64,000 nucleotides of DNA from positions 2,914,001-2,978,000 of the forward strand of contig CM022674.1 in assembly GCA_012295275.1 (NCBI GenBank), in the 5' to 3' direction. This document shows positions 1-12,662 of the stretch, in pieces. The notes under the pieces were generated by a model. That model did not search any database. It was not told the origin of the DNA and was given only the letters and a program-made list of their open reading frames with translations. Origin of the DNA: Chrysomallon squamiferum. Its lineage: Eukaryota > Animalia > Mollusca. Made by a program: the position numbers and the translations under genes. Within the stretch, counting starts at the first letter, position 1. Each line of letters begins with the position of its first letter.

Positions 1-222
1 CTTTTCTGAATCAAAGATTTTTCTTTAAAATACTCCTAAATATTTCTTTTCAGTATTTTTATTTTTATCAATTATTTTCTGAATCAGTACCTGTCTGAAA
101 CAATTTTTTTTTCATGATTGTTTATTAAATGGGATTAACAAAAATTAGAAAAGCTGTGCTATATTTTTTTTTTTTTTGACAAGTTTTATAAAAATCTTCG
201 TTTGATTTCAACATTTCGCTGT

Positions 223-3200
223 TCAGTTTATCTGCCATTTTTCAAAAAAGTCATTTCCTTTGTTGTCAACAACAATAAAAGCTGGAAAATTCTCAACCTC
301 AACCCTCCATACAGCCTCCATTCCTAGAAAAAATTAAAAATTTAAAAATTATAAAAATATGTAAAACAAGTTGTATACACTACGCTGATAAAAGTAAATA
401 CTTTAGTAACGCTGAAAATATACAAGTATGTAAGTTAATAAATATGTAAATAAATAAATAAGTAAGTAGATAAGTAAGAAGGTATGTACATAATTAAGTT
501 TATAAATAAGTATACAAATAAGCATAGAAGTAAAAAAAGTAATGAATAATGTAAGCTGATGTAAGTAATAAAAGAAAAATACAAGTAAAAAAATAAAATA
601 AATTTCTTCAATATATATATATATATATATATATAATGAAAATACATATATACATTCATACATACCTACATATAATCTATATAATCCACACCCCAACATA
701 CACATAGGAAAATAAAAACAAAATCAAAAATAATACCCCCCCCAAAACCCAATTATATTACCAATTAACAATTTTCTAAAACACAACTTGGATATGTTAC
801 AAACTAATTGATCAGAGTGAGATACAAGGCAATGAAAACAAAACAATGCTGACCTAATTCGGGATACTCTAACACTTCAACTTTCTTGATGCAGTTCTGA
901 GCTAATATGGCAGCTGGTCCACCAATGGAACCCAGATAGAAACCCCCATGATTCTTACAAGCATTTGTAACCTGCGAGATGAAGAAAAACAAAACGATAA
1001 AGTAAACAAGCATTTCTCTTTAATTAGTACATTATCATGTACTGACAAAAATTAATGGGTTTTGGGGTCTTAACCTGAGAAAAAAGCTTATTACAATTAC
1101 GTAATTTCTTATATATACAAATCAATCGTATGTTTAGTAATTTAATTAATATCTATAGGTAGTGATAACGCTATACATATATCATGTAAAGGAGAATGTG
1201 TGTATTATCTGGTCAATGTAGGATTTTATTAAACCAGTTTAGTGTGTGTGTGTGTGTGTGTGTTTGTCAGTGTGTGTATGTTTGTGAGTATGTATATGTG
1301 TTTGTGTACAAAGAAAGAGTTAGAAAGAGACACATATGAAGACAGCAGTATGTACTTGCTTAAACTGAAATACAAATTATTTAAAACTTTTCAAAAAGTG
1401 TTCAAAACACATGAAATGAAATACCACACACACACACAAACACACCTACCTGTTTACTTCTGTTGCCTTTTGCTAACATGATCATACTTCCTCCAGCTGC
1501 CTGAAACTCATCAACGTAAGAGTCCATTCTACCTGCAGTGGTGGGTCCAAATGAGCCACTAGCATACCCCTAACACAGAAACATTAACACTCTGTTATTA
1601 ACCTTTTAATGTACAGCACAAACTCAAATCTCTCTTTCCTAGGTTAAATAAAAATGCTTTGTAAAGGAAGTAAAGTATTTTGTACCCCTAACACAAAAAC
1701 ATTAACACCTCTGATATTAACCTTTTAATGTGCAGCACAAACTCAAATCTTTCTTTCCTAGGTTAAATAAAAATGCTTTGTAAAGGAAGTAAAGTATTTT
1801 GTACCCCTAACACAAAAACATTAACACCTCTGATATTAACCTTTTAATGTACAGCACAAACTCAAATCTTTCTTTCCTAGGTTAAACAAAAACACTTTGT
1901 AAAGGAAGTAAAGTATTTTGTACCCCTAACACAAAAACATTAACACTCCAATATTAACCTTTTAATGTGCAGCACAAACTCAAATCTTTCTTTCCTAGGT
2001 TAAATAAAAACACTTTATAAAGAAAGTAAAGTATTTTGTATCACTCAGTCAATAACAGATATAAGACAGTGAAAGCAAGCTCTCTATAATAAATTAAAAT
2101 GCTTTGTAAAGGAAGTAAAGTATTTTGTATCACTCAGTCAATAACATATACAAGGCAGTGAAAGCATACCTTATTTTTGGAAATAATAATTTTTTGTGGG
2201 GATATGAATGGGTTATTAAACTAAAAATGTCCATAAAAATAAATTTCATAATATTACTGAAATGTTTCTAGCAATAATTTATAATTACAAACAGAAAAAC
2301 AGAAAAAAAAAAAAAAAAATTAAAACCGCTGGACAGTTCTAACAGTTAAACACATTTTGTTGATAAAACACATCTGAAGTCAAACACAAACTGGTACAAC
2401 TACTAACTAACAGACAAACAGACATGAGACAGAGAAATAAAAAAAAAACACACACACCTTTCATTATTACACTGACTTAAACAAAAACAACTGAGAAAAC
2501 CACTCCTAAATAGCATTAAATGTTTAACGTTTTTCTTCAAAGACTTTAGACACATTTCTCTCAACAACACAAACCTCTGGCGTTTTGGCAGGCCCTGCAT
2601 AGTAGACTGGATGATCTTTGAAATACTGTGGCAGACCTTCGCCCTTGTCCAGTCTCTCCTTTAGTTTAGCATGAGCAATGTCTCGTGCCACTACCAATGT
2701 ACCAGTCAAACTGAGTCTTGTTTTTGTTGGGTATTTGTTAAGTTCGTTCAGAACCTCCTTCATTGGTTTGTTCAGGTTAATCTGCACAAGAGATTATGAT
2801 ATATATATAAAAAAATGTATCTCAAAAACAAAAAACAACAACAAAAATAACAAAAATAACAAAACAATAAAAATTAAATAAATAAATTCTTGATACTGTT
2901 TAAACAGGTTAATCCTCAAAAATATTGAAAAACACTGTCATCCCACCTAAAAATAAAACCAGATACTTTCTGAATTAAGACAAAAATATATTATAAACCA
3001 AACAAAATAAAATAAAATAAAATAAAATAAAATAAAATAAAATAAAATAAAATAAAATAAAATAAATAAATAAATAAATAAATTAAATAAATAAAATAAA
3101 AATAAATAAGAATATATATATTTTTTTTTTTAAATAATATTAATAATAAAAATAAATTAATAATAATAAATAAATAATATAACAAACCTGAACTACAGCT

Positions 3201-3304
3201 CCACCCAGATCTTTGTCTTCAATTTCAGGGAGATAGTTTACAGGATTTGTCTCAAGCTGTTCTAGGAAAACTCCCTCATCTGTTATCTTTCCCAGCACCT
3301 GAGC

Positions 3305-3335
<31 letters not shown>

Positions 3336-5932
3336 GTCATCACTCATTTCTCAAAATTTTAACAATTTAACTGTTTATCCAGCTACTGAAAAATATGCCT
3401 GTCAACAAGTAGGTATCTCTGAATGAAGAAATTGTAAACAGGCAAAATTACATTGAATTTGGAATGTTAGTATTTTCTGTTTTCTTTGATTTTAATCTGA
3501 TAGATAACATTTGAAATTAAATATTCCTGTCGATATACAGTAATCCAGAACATTATAAAAAAATAAAAAAAATTAAATTAAAGTATTGAACTGTCTTAAA
3601 AAGAAAAAAAAATACCAAATTTTAAATAAACATTAATCCACAAAATAATTTTTATTGTAATTTCAGTGTTTACATATTTTCTATATTTATTTGTTATTAT
3701 TTTATCAAAAGAGATGACAGCATAACAAATGTTTCACATTTCATTGTAATTAGAAAAACAATTACTGTAACATTAATTATATTATTTTTACTTTTATTAC
3801 TTAATTATTATTTTTCTTGTGTGGACATTTGCATAACAGATGAGAAAATATTTATGAAAAGAACTGAAATTTTGGATATCATAAAGATAAAAAATATATA
3901 AAAAATAAATAATAAAAAAAATAATAAAAAAGTAAAAATGACAGCAATTATTTCTAAAAGCTATCAATCATTTTTTTATTTATTTATTAATTATATTTTT
4001 TTTTTCCCCGGCAACAGATGGCAACAAATTTATAAAATAATACAAACTTTGGACATCACAATCGTTAAAAAAAAAAATAATAGCATTATTAATTTATATT
4101 ATTATTATTATTTAAAATAAAATGTGTGTTTACCTGTCTATCTGCAGAACAGCTCACTCCAATTCCCACTGGACAGGAAGCTCCATGTCTGGGCAGACGA
4201 ACGACGCGAACATCATGACAGAAGTATTTTCCACCAAACTGTGCCCCAATTCCCATCTTCTGCGTCAACTGGTGAATCTTCTGTTCCAGCTGGATGTCTC
4301 GAAAAGCTCGGCCATGTTCATTACCTGTACAGTGAGAATGTTTTGAATGTTTGACAATGTGTTGTGTGTCTGTTGTTTCTCTTTCTGTTTGTGTTGGTGT
4401 ATTTCTGGATGTGTGTGTGTGTATAAAGTGTCATGTGCTGTCTTTTGTGTGTATGTATGTATATGTAAGTGTCATGTGTGTGTATTTGTGTGTGTGTGTG
4501 TGTGTGTATGTATGAACATATTTTGATTTTTATAGTTATGTGTTTGTATGTAGTCTGTTGACATTTTGTGCATGCTTATGCACATAGATGGATTGGGATA
4601 GTTATGTGTAACTGTTAATATTTGTACACTGATGCAAATTGAAACAAACTGTTAAATAAATCAAAAAAATAACCAAAAAACAAAAAACTAAACTAAATAA
4701 AAACTAAAATTCATTATTTTAGTAAGAATTTTGTGCACATATGACAGTATGTATTAATATATTTTAACACTTCATTTAATTGTGATCAGTATTAAATACT
4801 CAGAGAGTTCTGACTGGAAATAGGAATTACTAAATGCTTCACTGTCAAATATTGCTGAATGTTTTATATATTCATATTATTAAAATAAACATGTTTATAA
4901 TTACTCCTGTAAGCAAAAGTTGTTCATCACTGGAAATATTCAGCAATTTAATTAGTTTATCTGTTAAATATCTCATTCCATACCTGATGTTGGCAGATTG
5001 TCCAGGTATCTGCAAGAAGTCAGTTTAACAGTCTTCAGTGTCAGTTCAGCTGACATTCCTCCAATAACAATGGCAAGATGGTATGGAGGACAGGCAGCTG
5101 TACCTAATGTCTGTTTAAAAAAAAAAAAAAAAAAAATAAAATAAAATAAAATAAAATAAAATAAAATAAAATACAATGGAATGGAATGGAATAGAACAGA
5201 ACAGAACAGAATAAAGGAAAACCTGATGGTATCAAATGTCAGTATGATATAAATTAACCAAAAACAAATTTTTGACTGTGATATATATACTAATAGGAAC
5301 AAAAATGGTGTATCATATTTCATTTCATTTCAACTTGATTTTCATGAACTACAGTAATCAACATTAGTTTTGAATGTTCATATGGAGATTAAGCAAATTA
5401 TTTGTGTTTTAAATGTGTGATATCAGTTCACATGCAAAGGGAGGGAGCAAGAGTGGGAGAGGGGGAGGATGGAGAGTGAGAGACACAGAGACACACAGAC
5501 AGACAGACATGCACTTGTTTAAAGTGAAGTATAAATTATTTAAAACTCCATACATAACATTTTATCCTTATCTTAATATTGCTGATTACGATTATGATTC
5601 TCAACTTTAAAATTTTATATACTCTAATAATAAATTAACTGCAGCTTCTTCACCTTAATCTTTTCATCCATGAATTTCATGAGTCTGTCAGGGTTTAGCA
5701 GAGCCTTTGTCTGTTGGTAGAGAAATGTTTTAGTTGGCTGAGCCACCGCCTTTGGCAAGGAAAAGAAAATCGTACTGACTAGAGTTAGTGGCGTACAGTT
5801 CTATCTGTGCTGGCAAGTTCGTCTTTGTGTTCACTTCTGTATACATGTCAAGTGGCGCCACCTGTAGACAAACACAACAAAATCACATAGACACATTATT
5901 AGAGATAAACAAAGCTCCACAAGGCAGAGACA

Positions 5933-6012
<80 letters not shown>

Positions 6013-8255
6013 TTTTAAAAGAATGCAAGATAAAACAATATCTGTAAATGTTACGCTAAATAGTGTTATAATATTAATCGTATTAATATGTACCTGTGAA
6101 TACCTAAGATTTTTCTGCGTGTATGTGTTGTATATTCCTCTAGATATGGCTTCTTCATCATGTCCTTCAGTCCACACATACTGGCCTTTTTTGCCTAGCA
6201 CACAAAGACAGTTAACATACATACATGTATAAATAAACAAAACTATTTCCGAATTATACATTATTTACTAAAATAATTTAATAGTATAGATATTTATTAA
6301 ATAAAATACCAATAAAAATATTTAACAATTTGGTAGACAGATTTAAAAAAAGTATCATTATTATTTCATTAATAAGCTTAATTTTAGTATTACACATTTT
6401 TCCATATGCAAATTCAACAACATGTTTATTTTGATTTACTAGTATATAGAGAACTTTCTGCATTAGCTATTTGGGACAAACTCAGTGTATAAATGAAATG
6501 AATGTGTGTATGCGCTTATACTTGGCTGTGTGTTTGTTCATGAATGTGTGAACTTGAAATGAATGGATATACCAAAAAAAGTATTTAAAACATGCCATAA
6601 AAGATAGGGTACATGAAGGTACACAACAAAACAAAATATTACAAATTCATCATCATTATTATTATTATTTTATTATTTATTTATTTACTTATTTATCTCT
6701 GTGTATAATTCTATTATAATGGGAATCTTGATCTCAAAGACTTTCTCAATCGGAATGAATACTCTATGTTTTATTTGGAAGACAAAATTTCTTCCAGTCA
6801 GAATGAAAATGCTGTGTTACCAATACAAATAGCGGTTCCTGTGTCTTGGCATCCTGGTAGAATCATCCCAGCTGCAACGTTAGCATTTTTCAGCAGCTCC
6901 AGTGCAACAAACTTGTCGTTACTCGATGACTCAGGATCTTTCAGTATGTTTGACAGTTGCTGAAACAAAAATAATTAGTTCTTTGGGAACTAATTAACTC
7001 TCTTGATTAATTGCATTTTATCACTGTCTTTGAAAAATTAATGATGGGGCAAGAGTTGGATTAGGAAACTGAGTGAGAGATTCACATGAAGAAAGTATTA
7101 AAATTTGAAAAAGAAGGCTGTCATATAAATATTTTGAAAATACATTACTTCTGTTAAAGAAAATAATAATAATTATAATAATAATATAAATAAATAAGTA
7201 AATAAATAAATATAATAAAAATGTTAATAATGGGACAAAAAATAAAAAATAATAAAATAAACTAAACTAAAATAAAACTGACTTGCAAATGGCCTGGTCG
7301 CAAGAGATGTGCAATGTCAACCATAGCAGTCTGAGCCAACAAGGTCAAGGCTTTTGACTCCACACTGAGGACCTTTTTACCTTTCACATCAAAGGTGGAC
7401 ACATAGTCACCTACAACGAGATTGAAACCATAGTAACACTTTATAATTCATTTTAGGGATACGAGTAGTGAGATAGTAGTAATAGCATACACTTGTTCTG
7501 CAGTTAAAACTGACGTTATTTTACAAATAACAGACACTCATACGAACAAACATGCATGTAAGCAACATGCAAAAAAGAAAAGAAAAGACATACACATAAA
7601 TGTACACACAAAAACATATACATAAAAAGTTTGATAAGATTCTACAAATGACAGTCTAAGTTATGATTTGCTTTGTTCAAGGACTTGAAGAAGACAAAAC
7701 AATCTAAATGTTGATAACATAGAAAATTTAAAAAAAAAATTAAAATAATGACTCAATACCTTATATTCAAAATATTTATTATTATTACTATATACTGACA
7801 TTTTGAAATAGTGGAAACTGAACACTATGATTATTTCAATTACTAGCAAACAAACTAAATAAATGCACCTTCTCACAAACAGAAAGTCATATTCTTGTAT
7901 TAGCAAAGTTCCAAATGGAAACTGTCCAAAACTTTGTGCAACAAATGATTATTCCATCAATCAGTGTTTCAGAAGAAAGTTGTATTTCTATTTTCTCTTT
8001 TTCTTTTTTTTCTTTTTTCGGAGTTTAAAAAACTAATTTAATATCTTTAATAACTATATAAAGAAAGAGTTTTATACCAGTGAGTTTCTTCCACTTCACA
8101 TCAGGTTTCTTCTCTTGTTCAAACACATCCTGGTACTGAAATGGTTTCACATCTGCTGTAGCTGCAGAGGATGGTGCCTTTGTCTGGATGTTACGACATT
8201 GTGAACACAAAACTTGACATGTTGTCTGCACTGATCTCAGTCTCAAAGGCAACAT
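223..8255 (-). CDS. Class I (Fe-S dependent, FumA/FumB-type, single-chain) fumarate hydratase with probable N-terminal mitochondrial presequence; 575 aa if one internal +1 shift at 5732 is bypassed
   Basis: 12 GT-AG-bounded coding exons: 8255-8078, 7410-7283, 6959-6821, 6194-6094, 5861-5654, 5110-4984, 4324-4134, 3298-3188, 2781-2575, 1569-1450, 971-854, 323-223 (TGA). Total is 1729 nt = 576 codons + 1 nt. Class I signatures present: CQDTG, NLRYSQ, KGGGSAN(K), [88 protein letters not shown]. All splice phases are compatible except for the single extra base in the fifth coding exon. Confidence 0.95.
1565..2040. repeat. Intronic tandem repeat, ~119 bp unit x4, followed by a partial duplication to ~2165
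   Basis: Unit tacccctaacaca...ggaagtaaagtattttg starts at about 1565, 1683, 1802 and 1921. Confidence 0.9.
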
Positions 8256-8409
8256 CTATAAATGAACAAACATTTTATAATAAACCCCAAAATACAGTAA
8301 AAGAACTTTGGAAATGTTTTAGTTTATGATTTTAAAAAAGTGCTCTTAATAACAGGACTTTCTGAAATAGCTTTGATGGCTGATAATTGTTAAGCAAATA
8401 AATGTTTGT

Positions 8410-8445
<36 letters not shown>

Positions 8446-9059
8446 TATACAAAAAAATAATAATAAAATAAATATAAAAAATAACAATATTAAATTATGT
8501 ACGTTTTGTTTTAAGTTTAATGGACTATGTTTTGTTTTTGTTTCTTTCCTTTCCTCCTCCTTCTTCTTCTTATTATTACTGTTCATTGAAATATAGTAGT
8601 GGTTTAATTATGACTCATGCAGATTTAGCAATCTTGTTAGGATATGTTTATCAATATAAAATTGTATAAAAAAAATACGATCATAATTATGCATTCATAC
8701 TAAACATGTATCTCAACTAAATCAAATAAGATATTAACGTGTCTAAATTAAGTGAATTTTTCTACGTAATAAACTGAATTTATTAATCATTGTGACAGTC
8801 AATTGCTTTAATGAAGAAAACTACAATTATATAATTTAAATATAATATAAATATATAAATTTTATTATATATAAAATCGGCTGAATAATTCGTATTCTGG
8901 TAAAAGGAAATTGACCCAATAATTTGATGAATTATATTGCAACAGCATACTTATAATATTAATTTTTTTGTTTATTGTTTTAATATCAAAATAAGAAGCA
9001 ATATTAAGTATTTACTTTCGTCTAACACGATTTCTTTCGAAAGCAGCCGACTTGCTCAC

Positions 9060-9110
9060 CTTGATCAGCAAAGGTAAAGGGGAGTTCACTCTCATTCAAT
9101 GTGAAGGTCA
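9060..9110 (-). promoter_or_regulatory. Probable non-coding first exon / promoter of the fumarase gene (upper boundary uncertain)
   Basis: The ATG at 8255 directly follows an acceptor (ttgttcatttatag|ATG). A good donor (caag|gtgagc) lies at 9060/9059. A nuclear-receptor half-site TGAAGGTCA (ERR-type TNAAGGTCA) lies at 9102-9110. Confidence 0.5.
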
Positions 9111-9203
9111 AGTATTTTTTTTTTTTTTTACTAATACGTACTTTCCTTTGCGATTTTGCGATCCTCAAAATTATTACTCTTACTGCATTTCGAACGTTTT
9201 TAG

Positions 9204-9241
<38 letters not shown>

Positions 9242-9734
9242 CTTAATAAATATTTGAAAATATGTATTGTGTTATTTTAAATCTCATTCGAATGTTTGAA
9301 TTCAAATACAGACCATATTTTTCAACTTTACCATTTAGGAATTACATATTCAGTATTTCAAGAAACTTATTTAATTTTTTATATTTTTTTGGTTGTCTGT
9401 TTAACTCTAGTTATAATTAATATTTCGCATAAAATAATACCAGCATTCATTTATGCCACTTTGATATTCATTATAATAAACCAATTCTTTTTGGTACAAA
9501 TATGATAAATAATTAAACAAACTAAATCTGTTTCAGATTTATTATTCAATGGGATATGGGTCAAAAACCACAAAATCCCAAGTATTTACCTGTTTGACCC
9601 TATTTTCAGCCAATTTTGTCCATATTATTTTATCACAAGTTCCAGATTAATAAAATTACAGCCATGACAAAAACAGAAAATAAACACATCACTTTTATTC
9701 AGCACTAGATTTTTATATTACATTCACAGCGTCT

Positions 9735-11109
9735 CTATTCTTTTTCCGATAAATGAGGGAAGTGTTTCGTCAACATTTTCCAATTTTGGCGCTCGCGTCT
9801 TTCGGCCCTGGTTTTCTCCCTCAGTTTCTGTTCCCTGTAAAGCTTGATGTACTTCGTCATAGAGGGACGAAACGGAGCGTGGGTCAGTCTGTAAACTTTG
9901 TTCATGAACGGAGGCACAGCATGTTGCCTCGGTGTGCGGAAATATTTCAGTCCCAAGAAGTTCCGAGCTACAACTTTTTCCGGTTTGTGCGGTTTTCCTG
10001 TTTCTAGAAGGCTGTAGGCTTCGTTTCTCTCGTCTACAACAGACAGAATGTTTTCCATGCTTTCCTCCACCTGTGGAAGAAAGGAACCAAAAAAAATGTT
10101 TACTGTCCAACGAAGAAAAAAATGAAATGTAAATAAATACATCTAAAACATTGTTAAAATCAATCTTTGTTCACTATAAGGTACTGCAATAGTGATAATG
10201 TCATGAAATTATTGTTGTTTAAAACAGTGTTAAATAAAACGCAAGAACCAGTATTTTGGAAAAAAAAGAGTTTTAAAAGTGGATGTTCACATGTATACAA
10301 TGACACTTAACTCTTTTCTTATAATTTTATCTATTCAGTGTACTTAAATAAAACGTAAGAAGCAGTACTTTTTTAAAATTTAACTCTCTGTCACCAGGAG
10401 ATCTGTTGATTAAAGTTAATAAATATTTCACTTCATTAAGGGTTGTTTTTCTTAATTGTAAGACATCTATTTTAAATGAACAGATTAGTGAAAATACCTT
10501 GTCAATTCTCTCAGGACTGGGAAATAATTCTGCCTGTCTTCTGTATTCATGTTCCATTGTCATCAACATATTGCGTTCCTTCAGAAGGACATACCTAGAC
10601 AAATATTAAACTATTCTTGAATGTCACAATCTCTATCCCTCTATATTTCGACTTGCATATTATATTTTAGATTCTCAAAAATAAATGATAGAACCATTTA
10701 AACACATACCTAACACTTCAAAATATCATTTACATGTTAATATTCAACATCCATTTTAATTTTTTAGCAAGATCTGAAGTAATATTCAAGTTTTCTTCTT
10801 CATTTAGATGGCAATCTAGCATATTATGTATTTAATTTAAACAATAAATAGGAATCTATATTACCAAAGTTTGTGTAAATCTTCATTACTTTTTATTCTT
10901 AATTCCTCCAGATGCCATGGTCTGCCTAAACAAAAGAATGAAAGAAAATCTATGAACTGATTCATAATGATATTTATTTTTTAATAATCACTTATTTGTC
11001 AGATATACAGGAATATTCAAAATGTATTTACAAGGTTTAACAGAGGATTTGAAAGAATACTGCCAAAACATCTATCATTTCTATGCAGTACAAATAACTT
11101 TCATATGTG

Positions 11110-11144
<35 letters not shown>

Positions 11145-11719
11145 GTGTTTATATATGAATGTGTGCCTCTACACATATATGAAAATGGTAAAGCTTCTCT
11201 GATTAAAAAGAACTAACTACCTCACAATTACTCCCCAAAGATGCTTTATCTTGTATTTTCATACCTGTTTTGTCATATTCTATATTCAAACATTATACAG
11301 AAAATCCACTAACAAGCTTTTAGTGGTTTTAAGGTCAATGAATGTCATATAAAACTCATATATAAAATGTACACCAAACATATACTTTTCAAGTTGATGC
11401 AACTTTTGCAAGTCTATGAAATGTAAGATAATTAATTACCACATTTAATTTCTTCTTCACCCCAGTTATCCTTTTCATCAAAAAATTCATCCAGACTTTG
11501 TCTTGTGGTGCTGGTTGAAAAGGCTGCATGAGCTGTAGCCACACTATTGGAAAATGCAAATAAAATCATATTTCATTTATTTCATAGCATGATCTATAAC
11601 TGTCAATCAAATAAAAATAAGAAGAAGAAAGTAAAAATATAAAATTCATGTAGTTTATTTCAAGTAAGTCTGTTAATATGTATCAATCTACCTTCTTTTT
11701 TTGTTTCATTTCTTTGTTG

Positions 11720-11798
<79 letters not shown>

Positions 11799-12327
11799 TT
11801 TTAACCAAACTGTGTCACATGACTAATCGATAATGATTAACTATCATGGTATGAACGATCAGTTATTGGAAAGAAGAGTATTATAAATGTTCATTTATTG
11901 TCTCATTACATTGAAATTTGCAGGACTTGTCTGAAAATAATGGCGAATATTCTAAATACGATTTTATGCAGTGTGTGTATGTTTCAGTACTGTCTTTATA
12001 AATAATAACTGTAATACTATTAAAGTATTATGTGTGCATTTTATAATATTATAACTATATAATAATGCTATGTATTTTACTGCATTATTCTTTATAATAA
12101 ATAATTATGATTATTACTATTAGTATAATAGTATTAATTATTATTATTAACTTTCAACAATTTGAAAGCATTTAGTTGATACATTAAGATGTATATTTGT
12201 ATCATCCTGTCTGGTACCTTGTTTTACAATGGCATCGATCTAAAATCTTCGATGACTGTAAAGTTAGGTTGCGCATGAAATGCCTTAGAATGTGACCAGT
12301 GAAAACACATGATTGCATCAACGACAT
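9735..12327 (-). CDS. MRPL47: Mitochondrial large ribosomal subunit protein uL29m / L47, 235 aa
   Basis: Exons 12327-12218, 11543-11440, 10925-10865, 10594-10498, 10070-9735 are all GT-AG and phase-compatible (708 nt). Motifs [51 protein letters not shown] and [25 protein letters not shown] are typical of MRPL47. The first exon is the least certain part. Confidence 0.93.
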
Positions 12328-12662
12328 GTTGCTCCTGTGTGTTTAATAATAATAAATGACCTTGGTTCCGCCGTAACATAAGAAGAAATCAGTCTACAAA
12401 AGGCGTCCATTTTATACTACTATCTGCATCGTAGTCAACATTCTAATTACTGGACAAATAATTATGATAAAAAGTTATTATTTTAACAAGAATACATATA
12501 CTAATATTGTATTAATAAAATTGACGTATTAAAATATTTATATTGTATCAAATATTTAATTTTAGTAAACATATTTATGAAAATTAATATTGAACTTAGT
12601 TTTGGTAAATAGTTTCCAAGAGCACATGCGTCTCAGCAGTTTGAGATTTACATCAGCCGAAA
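12328..12662. promoter_or_regulatory. Bidirectional promoter region between MRPL47 and PHB2
   Basis: The divergent start codons are separated by only 335 bp. The interval contains TGACCTTGG (nuclear receptor half-site, 12357), a YY1-like gcgtccatttt (~12403) and an NRF1-like gcacatgcg (~12622). Confidence 0.7.

Noticed and set aside
4122-4354. Plus-strand ORFs overlapping fumarase exons (also 5788-6018, 6766-6963, and 9753-10132 over MRPL47)
   Set aside because: They are antisense shadows of real coding exons.
223-5729. Natural two-subunit (alpha/beta) class I fumarase split
   Set aside because: Two-subunit enzymes split after the third Fe-S cysteine region. Here the break is in the middle of the N-terminal domain.
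5730-5760. Repair of the fumarase stop by a cryptic mini-intron, readthrough or A-to-I editing
   Set aside because: The only nearby GT..AG (gtggctcag) is 9 nt and would delete the catalytic motif. Readthrough or UAA editing removes the stop but not the one-base phase error.
8225-8245. Iron-responsive element around CAGTGC near the fumarase start
   Set aside because: The flanks do not form the five-pair upper stem with a bulged C.
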